Source: Octopus vulgaris (Eukaryota). Taken from it: a stretch of 64,000 bases of DNA. Location of the stretch: assembly GCA_951406725.2 (NCBI GenBank), contig OX597821.1, positions 109,368,001-109,432,000 of the forward strand. Direction: 5' to 3'. Made by a program: the position numbers and the translations under genes. Below are positions 56,124 through 64,000 of the stretch, in pieces. A model generated the notes under the pieces. The model was not told the origin of the DNA. It ran no database searches and saw only the letters and a program-made list of their open reading frames with translations. Numbering within the stretch: the stretch's first letter is position 1; each line of letters opens with the position of its first letter.

Positions 56124-56618
56124 ATACCACAATTATGAATAATTGTATATTAAATTTTGAGATACTAGAATGCATCATCTCAACTCAGTGTCAGAGCGAG
56201 CCAAAGCATGACCAGTACCACGAAATTCAAAGTTTGAATGAAAGTTTGTGTCACCAGCCCCCTTCCACCCGCGTGTAGCCAAGACAAAATGCTGCGGTCA
56301 TTTACTGGGATAAAATATGGTTATCAGTAATAATAAAGGTGAAATTAATTAATTAGGGATAATTATCAATTACACCAAGTAGATTTCGGCATGTAAAAGC
56401 CCCATTCGAGGAAAATTTAAGTAATACTAAGTAATTAAGGGTTTAGCAACGAATTGCCTCACCAACACACCGAATTTAGAAATAGCAGTCAAAGAGATAT
56501 AGCTATTCCTTCTACTAAAAGGGGGATCTCAGTAAAAACACAGCACTTGAAAGGCAAACACAGACAGGTAAGAAAGAAAGAATGAAATGACGGCAATCCA
56601 TCATGCAATTTTAAGTTA

Positions 56619-56710
56619 CCTACGGACGTACGTTTCGAGATCAAGTTTTAGGATAGCATAAGAATTAGAAAATTCTACTTTACCCAAACTTCTTCTCTCA
56701 TCGGCGCAGG
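56619..56710 (-). ncRNA. Type I hammerhead ribozyme, copy 2
   Basis: Same sequence as copy 1, 587 nt away. Confidence 0.8.
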
Positions 56711-57401
56711 ATACCACAATTATGAATAATTGTATATTAAATTTTGAGATACTAGAATGCATTATCTCAACTCAGTGTCAGAGCGAGCCAAAGCATGACC
56801 AGTACCACGAAATTCAAAGTTTGAATGAAAGTTTGTGTCACCAGCCCCCTTCCACCCGCGTGTAGCCAAGACAAAATGCTGCGGTCATTTACGTACGTCC
56901 GTAGGTAACTTAAAATTGCATGATAGATTGCCGTCATTTCATTCTTTCTTTCTTACCTGTCTGTGTTTGCCTTTCAAGTGCTGTGTTTTTACTGAGATCC
57001 CCCTTTTAGTAGAAGGAATAGCTATATCTCTTTGACTGCTATTTCTAAATTCGGTGTGTTGGTGAGGCAATTCGTTGCTAAACCCTTAATTACTTAGTAT
57101 TACTTAAATTTTCCTCGAATGGGACTTTTACATGCCGAAATCTACTTGGTGTAATTGATAATTATCCCTAATTAATTAATTTCACCCTTTATTATTACTG
57201 ATAACCATATTTTATCCCAGTAAATGACCGCAGCATTTTGTCTTGGCTACACGCGGGTGGAAGGGGGCTGGTGACACAAACTTTCATTCAAACTTTGAAT
57301 TTCGTGGTACTGGTCATGCTTTGGCTCGCTCTGACACTGAGTTGAGATGATGCATTCTAGTATCTCAAAATTTAATATACAATTATTCATAATTGTGGTA
57401 T

Positions 57402-57493
57402 CCTGCGCCGATGAGAGAAGAAGTTTGGGTAAAGTAGAATTTTCTAATTCTTATGCTATCCTAAAACTTGATCTCGAAACGTACGTCCGTAGG
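57402..57493 (+). ncRNA. Type I hammerhead ribozyme, copy 3
   Basis: Stem I 57402-07/57488-93, core 57408-14, stem II 57415-75, GAAA 57476-79, cleavage after C57487. Confidence 0.8.
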
Positions 57494-57788
57494 TAACTTA
57501 AAATTGCATGATAGATTGCCGTCATTTCATTCTTTCTTTCTTACCTGTCTGTGTTTGCCTTTCAAGTGCTGTGTTTTTACTGAGATCCCCCTTTTAGTAG
57601 AAGGAATAGCTATATCTCTTTGACTGCTATTTCTAAATTCGGTGTGTTGGTGAGGCAATTCGTTGCTAAACCCTTAATTACTTAGTATTACTTAAATTTT
57701 CCTCGAATGGGGCTTTTACATGCCGAAATCTACTTGGTGTAATTGATAATTATCCCTAATTAATTAATTTCACCCTTTATTATTACTG

Positions 57789-57825
<37 letters not shown>

Positions 57826-58429
57826 TTGTGTGTCTGTGTCTGTCCCCCTAGCATTGCTTGACAACCGATGCTGGTGTGTTTACGTCCCCGTCACTTAGCG
57901 GTTCGGCAAAAGAGACCAATAGAATAAGTACTGGGCTTACAAAGAATAAGTCCCGGGGTCGATTTGCTCGACTAAAGGCGGTGCTCCAGCATGGCCGCAG
58001 TCAAACGACTGAAACAAGTAAAAGAGTAAAAGAGAGTAACCAGTTGAGCATGTCCCTTGGTGGCTGACGATATGTGCATCTTTGATCAGGACCAAAAATA
58101 GTGGGGGTCGGGCACCATCGCTATGTGTTCAGAGGAATTCTTTGGGGTTTGGATAATTCACGTCTGTAAAAATGGGTGTTTTGTTCATCATTCTTAAACG
58201 AATCTTTTTCGAGGACCTTTTGAGCAGGATGGGCTACTCGACCTGAAGAAAATTCTAATTGGGCCCCACCTACAAGGTGATGCGCTGTTTATCTTTGTAT
58301 GAGATCACTATGTCATGCACATATGGTTGTGAGGCATGTGCCTGGTATACTCTTATCAAACTGGTAGTTATGATGGATATATTGGGCTCCGTATATTTGT
58401 ACCCCAGTGTCAATTTGATGGCATGCACT

Positions 58430-58519
<90 letters not shown>

Positions 58520-58534
58520 TAATAATAATAATAA

Positions 58535-58960
58535 AGACCTACCACAAACTGAGCAAATATAAAGATCTTGAAATAGAAATGAGCAAAATGTGGAACCGGA
58601 AGACTGAAACAATACCCGTCATAGGTGCCCTGGAAATGATAGCAAAAGGGGCTGATTGCTACCTAACTCAGATACCAGGAAACCCCAAAATGGCAGAAAT
58701 TCAAAAGATAGTGCTCATGGGAACTGCTCATATCCTACGCAAAATACTTTCTATGTAATCTCAAGTTTTAAAACAAACAATTTTCGTTTGTTTGTTGTTT
58801 TTTTTCAGACATTCACTTGTACAACACTAAATACAAAACCAAATATATGGCACACTAGGCATAACAACAACATGAACTTCTAACCTGTTGTCTCTTGAGG
58901 TCTCTGGGTGAGACTTGGAGCCAACTTGTACAAATATAAAGCAAAAGTCAGACATAGAAT
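58535..58960 (+). mobile_element. R4/Dong-type 3' fragment
   Basis: KTYHKLSKYKDLEIEMSKMWNRKTETIPVIGAL...EIQKIVLMGTAHILRK, between (AAT)n tracts. Confidence 0.85.
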
Positions 58961-59734
58961 AATAATAATAATAATAATTGTAAATCCAGGCTAATATTTT
59001 CGTTTGGCCACCTTAAAAATAGTAACCAATTCATCCTCAGATCAAATGCAACTATCTTTTTAAAAATAAAAGGATACATTGAATCTATTAGTCCTAGATA
59101 CCCTTTACCTGAAAACAAAGTAGAGGGATATCACAATTAGAGAACATAGGTCGTCCCAGCTAAGGCTGAGCTGGATTTAAACAGCAATTACAACTGTTTC
59201 GACTGCATCATCGTAACTTGGAAATAAGCCAACCTATGTACTTGACTAACAATTGGAGCAAAACTTCTTTGAGACGGATGTAAGTTCAATACAGACTCGG
59301 TTCATTTGAATTAAAGGACTTTGAGACATACGATGTTTCCATCTTGTGTCTTCAAACCCACGATATATTTGTTGTTTTTGTTTAAAAATTCAACAAACAA
59401 ATTATTTGCTGATCCGTGTTGATATGTGCCAACCAATAACAAATGGATATATGCACGGTTGATAACGAGAATCATAATTTTAATGTACATATTCGTTTTT
59501 TTTACTACCTCCCATCAGATTCGAACCCGAACATGCTAATCGCTCTTGTATTTTGCTATTGAGAGCAACTTTTTTTCAGACGAATGTGTACATAAACTAT
59601 CGATTCATTACAATAAGGGGTCTTTGGGACACCCGTTGTTTCGAGATTGTTGTGTTTCCTCAGTCAAAACTGCTCCGAACTAATGAATCTAACAAAACCT
59701 TTCGGCTCTAGTGATGAATTGTATAAGCGATTCG

Positions 59735-60755
59735 TCAGAATCGTTAGGATATCGATAAAATGCTTAGCGGTATTTCGTCTGCCGCTACGTTCTGAGTTCA
59801 AATTCCGTCGAGGTCGACTTTGCCTTTCATCCTTTCGGGGTCGATTAAATAAGTACCAGTTACGCACTGGGGTCGATATAATCGACTTAATCCGTTTGTC
59901 TGTCCTTGTTTGTCCTCTCTGTGTTTAGTCCCTTGTGGATAGTAAAGAAAAAGGTATTTCGTCTGTCGTTAAGTTCTGAGTCCAAATTCCACCGAGGTCG
60001 ATTTTGCCTTTTATCTTTTCGGACTAGATTAAATAAATACCAGTTATGTACTGGTGCCGATGTAATCGACTTAGACTCTTCCACAACGTCGTTGACATTG
60101 TGTCAAAATTTGAGACCAATATGAAACTCAAAGAAGAGGTGGCGAGCTAGTCGAATCGTTAGCATGTCGGGCAAAATGGTTAGCAGTATTTTGTTCGTTC
60201 TTACGTTGTATTCAAATTCCGCCGAGGTCGACTTAACCTTTCATCCTTTCGAATTCGATAAATTAAGTACCAGTTGCGTATTGGCATCTATCTAATCGAC
60301 TGGCCCCCTCCCCCAAAATTACGGGCCTTGTGCCTAGAGTAAAAAAGTATATTTTAAGGCGGCGAGCTGGCAGTATCGTTAGCACGCCGGGTGAAATGCG
60401 TAGCCGTATTTCGATTGTTGCTATGTTCTGAGTTCAAATTCCGCCGAGGTCAACTTAGCTTTTCATCTTTTCGGGGTCGATAAATTAAGTACCAGTTACG
60501 CACTGGGGTCGATGTAATCGACTAAATACCTATGTCTGTCCTTGTTTGTCCTCTCTATGTTTAGCCTCTTGTAGGTAATAAAGAAATAAGTATTTCGTCT
60601 GCCTTTACGTTCTGTGTTCAAATTCCGCCGAGGTCGACTTTGCCTTTCATCCTTTCGGGGTCGATAAATTAAGTACCAGTTGCGTAGTGGGGTTAATCTA
60701 AACGACTGGTCCCTTCCCCCAAAATTTCGTGCCTTGTGCCTAGATTAGAAAAGAC
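59735..60755 (+). mobile_element. Cluster of SINE family C monomers and dimers
   Basis: Five copies of GAGTTCAAATTCCGCCGAGGTCGACTTTGCCTTTCATCCTTTCGGGGTCGATAAATTAAGTACCAG with two alternative tails. Other copies at ~26270, 28400-28600, 45825-45990, 48355-48520. Confidence 0.85.
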
Positions 60756-60995
60756 TATTCGCGTTGGCTGGGGATAGGGACAGCGTCCGTAATCCTTGCT
60801 GCATCTCTAATTTCTTCTCCATGCGTGGAGGCAAGAAACGAGATGGCTACAATCGCAATGCTCTTGGTCATATATCTATCCAATCGGGGCTGACCAGGGG
60901 CTAAACAGCACCAATAATCAACAACAAACAACGTGAGTGGACATCAATGATTGCCACTCCCTCCGCCATCCACATCGTCAGAATCACCACCACCC

Positions 60996-61026
<31 letters not shown>

Positions 61027-61130
61027 TTCATCCTCACCGCTACCATCACCACTACCACCAAAACCATACCACAATCATCACCACATTGACCACGACCACT
61101 TCTATTTCAGCTATTACTACCACCCAACGA

Positions 61131-61362
61131 AGGCGGCGAGCTGGCAGAAACGTTAGCACGCCGGGCGAAATGCTGAGCGGTATTTCGTCTGCCGTTACGT
61201 TCTGAGTTCAAATTCCGCCAAGGTCGACTTTGCCTTTCATCCTTTCGGGGTCGATTAAATAAGTACCAGTTACGCACTGGGGTCGATATAATCGACTTAA
61301 TCCATTTGTCTGTCCTTGTTTGTCCGCTCTGTGTTTAACCCCTTGTGAGTAGTAAAGAAATA
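61131..61362 (+). mobile_element. SINE family C
   Basis: GGCGGCGAGCTGGCAGAAACGTTAGCACGCCGGGCGAAATG head. Flanks share TATTACTACCACCCAAC (apparent TSD). Confidence 0.85.
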
Positions 61363-61460
61363 TATTACTACCACCCAACACTACTACTTCTACTACAACT
61401 CCTACCGCTATTACAAAAACTAGCTCCACTATAACCGCCACTACTACTACCACCACCACC

Positions 61461-61545
<85 letters not shown>

Positions 61546-62361
61546 TCACTGCCACCACCATCAGTAAAAAATTAACAATCGTGGCATCAGTAAAAGAAAC
61601 AGCAGGAGCAGCAACATCAACAGCGGAAGTAAGCGGAGTTAACCGGACGCATTCACCATCACAACAGCAACGAAAATATGTCGTCCGGCCTAGGAAGTAT
61701 CAAATGTAACCGCTTGACCTGCTCAGACAGATATGAAATTAAGTTTAGGAAGCATCCGCCATCTTTAAAATAGATATCGAGTGTGTGACAGTGTGTGTGT
61801 GTGTTTGTGAGAGACAGACAGACAGAGAGAGAGAGAAAGAAAGAGAGGGAGGGGAAGAGAGAAATAGAGGGAGGGGGAGAGAGAGGGAGGGATATTTGTC
61901 AAGTCCTGAATTTGTTGGTTGAGGTAGAATAATTACTTTAAATGAGGAAAAGATGGCCAGAATTAAAATTCCAATTCAACAAATTCTTGTGGGCCATATG
62001 GCGCTGTTTTATCTTGCGGGCAAACGGTGCAGATAAGCTCCTTTATTGAACCGGTATATTCAATATTGAACACGTATGTGACCGGGTCCTACAAATGCAC
62101 GTAACAGGGAATCACATGTGATCTTGTATTTCCACTGAAACTACGAACATGATGAGAGCCGGCTCAGTCAACCTCGGCTGAATGCTGCCACAAGTACAAC
62201 TAAGAAATATTAAACAAACCAATTCCATACAGTTCGATATTTAAGGGACGAGGAATTATGTACATTACTCTTCTACTCTTTTACTTGTTTCAGTCCTTTG
62301 ACTGCGGCCATGCTAGGATGAAAGGCAAAGCCGACTCCGGTGGAATTTGAACTCAGAACGT

Positions 62362-62727
62362 GTGGAAGCACTCCGTCGGTTACGACGATGAGGGTTCCGG
62401 TTGATCCGATCAACGGAACGGCCTGCTCGTGAAATTAACGTGTAAGTGGCTGAGCACTCCACAGACATGTGCACCCTTAACGTAGTTCTCGGGGATATTC
62501 AGCGTGACACAGAGAGTGACAAGGCCGGCCCCTTGAAATACAGGTACAACAGAAACAGGAAGTAAGAGTGAGAGAAAGTTGTGGTGAAAGAGTACAGCAG
62601 GGATCACCACCATTCGCTGCCGGAGCCTCGTGGAGCTTTTAGGCGTTTTCGCTCAATAAACACTCACAACCGCGATCCTATGACCGCGAGTCCGCTGCCC
62701 TAACCACTGGGCCATTGCGCCTCCACA
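62362..62727 (-). mobile_element. SINE family B, tail type 2, inserted into a family C copy
   Basis: TSD AACTCAGAACGT on both sides. Confidence 0.85.
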
Positions 62728-63407
62728 AACTCAGAACGTAGCGACGGGCGAAATACCACTCCTCTCAATAATGCTGTCCTTAGGTCTAAATTAGAAAGCA
62801 AATTTCGGCTTTATGGGGACAGACAGGCTGGCAGGGTAAGTAGAGCGTTGAAAAAAGATATCTTGAAGTATTTCTTCAGGCTCTTTACGTTCTAGGTTCA
62901 AATCCCGGCAGGGACAATTAAAATAATGGAAAGGGGGATTCGTAACATCGACAAACGCCTCTTGTCAACATTGTTGGCATGTGTCTAAATTAGGAAAAAA
63001 ATATTTCAGTTCCTTGCGTTCTGGGTTCAATTCTAGCCGAGGTCAATTTTACATTTTAATTTTTCAAGGGTCAATAAAATAAAGTACTAAGTTAGAGCGT
63101 CAGAAAGAGTGACTTGAACCATTTATTCCAGTTCTTTGGTAAACTTAATCTCGTATCCGATTTAACCCCCACCATTATCCTATTACAGCCCCAGGCAAGC
63201 CTTGATTAAGCAAACAGGTCCTTGACCAAAACACGTTCAACGTTTGATCATCCTTTCATATATCTTTTTTTCCTTCAAGAACTGTATTATCCATTTCACC
63301 TTTTATCCTTCGTTTTCAAACAGATAGCTGCTATTTCTTGCTGGGTGATCAACCCTGAAGAGTGTACCTCATTAGCTAGTGACCTAGCATCTATACTTAG
63401 TCAACGT

Positions 63408-63790
63408 GGAGGTGCAATGTCCCAGTGGTTAGGGCAGCAGACTTGCGGTTGTAGGATCGCGGTTTCGATTCCCAGACTGGGCGTTGTTAGTATTTATTGA
63501 GCGAAAACACCTAAAGCCCCACGAGGCTCCGGCAGGGAGTGGTGGCGAACCCTGCTGTACTCTTTCACCACAACTTTCTCACACTCTTTCTTCCAGTTTC
63601 TGTTGTACCTGTATTTCAAAAGGGCCAGCCCTGTCACACTCTGTGTCACGCTGAATCTCCCCGAGGACTGCATTAATGATACACGTCGCTGTGGAGTGCG
63701 TGTATCTTGCACGTTCATTCCACGAGCAGGCTGTTCCGTTGATCGGATCAACAGGAACCCTCGTCGTTATCGTAACCGACGGAGTGCTAC
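63408..63790 (+). mobile_element. SINE family B, tail type 2
   Basis: Colinear with the 62362 copy. Confidence 0.85.
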
Positions 63791-63869
63791 GACGACCAAT
63801 TCAACCACAGCTCGGTACTAAACCAACAGACTTAAGATTTCACCTGCGATCATGAGATCATGTGACCTT

Positions 63870-64000
63870 TTCCTTTCTATCTATTTCTTTACTACCCACA
63901 AGGGGCTAAACATAGAAAGGACAAACAAGGACAGACAAACGGATTAAGTCGAATATATCGACTCCAGTGCGTAACTGGTACTTATTTAATCGAACCAGAA
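63870..64000 (-). mobile_element. SINE family C, truncated by the window edge
   Basis: Reverse complement of the family C tail and core. Confidence 0.8.

Larger units (their letters stand above)
55811..57789. mobile_element. Retrozyme / non-autonomous Penelope-like array: 587-bp unit, ~1.8 copies in one orientation and ~1.5 inverted
   Basis: Unit starts at 55811 and 56424 (the first has a 26-bp internal duplication). Inversion junction at 56891; inverted period 588. One hammerhead per complete unit. Confidence 0.85.
55628..58036 (+). mobile_element. SINE family A hosting the ribozyme array, itself inserted in a (TAA)n repeat copy
   Basis: Head 55628-55795, tail ~57820-58036. The host sequence GACCTTAA|CCAGTTG is split around it. 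Confidence 0.9.

Noticed and set aside
56835-57035. 66-aa ORF in the ribozyme array
   Set aside because: It is created by the inversion junction and absent from intact units.
58238-58270. CTGAAGA in the (TAA)n element as a hammerhead core
   Set aside because: No compatible stem II, stem III or stem I found.
59735-60755. Regularly recurring ~60-bp motif, CRISPR-like at first sight
   Set aside because: Spacers are homologous SINE parts, the context is eukaryotic and there are no cas genes.

Overview
This is AT-rich, microsatellite-saturated animal genomic DNA. The SINE, LINE and microsatellite content suggests a coleoid cephalopod such as Octopus (inference). One clear host gene is present: an Id/extramacrochaetae (emc) HLH inhibitor on the minus strand, main coding exon 6869-6504. 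The ~55 kb upstream is nearly gene-free and holds tRNA-derived SINEs (four families), a young 5'-truncated CR1/L2-group LINE, R4/Dong-type LINE ends in (TAA)n, mariner/Tc1 relics, non-autonomous Helitrons and a piggyBac-like MITE. One possible orphan ORF lies at 52085-52507. The main discovery is a ~2 kb tandem-plus-inverted array of a 587-bp non-coding unit (55811-57789), inserted in (TA)n inside a SINE. Each complete unit carries a type I hammerhead ribozyme fold with a U4C core variant, a long stem II and a palindromic stem III, which is a retrozyme / Penelope-like architecture. Several other unrelated short (TA)n-embedded elements also carry minimal hammerheads with non-canonical cores, often in the same tail-out inverted arrangement. 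Almost all ORFs in the supplied track are microsatellite artefacts. All folds and alignments were done by eye, and repeat boundaries are approximate.
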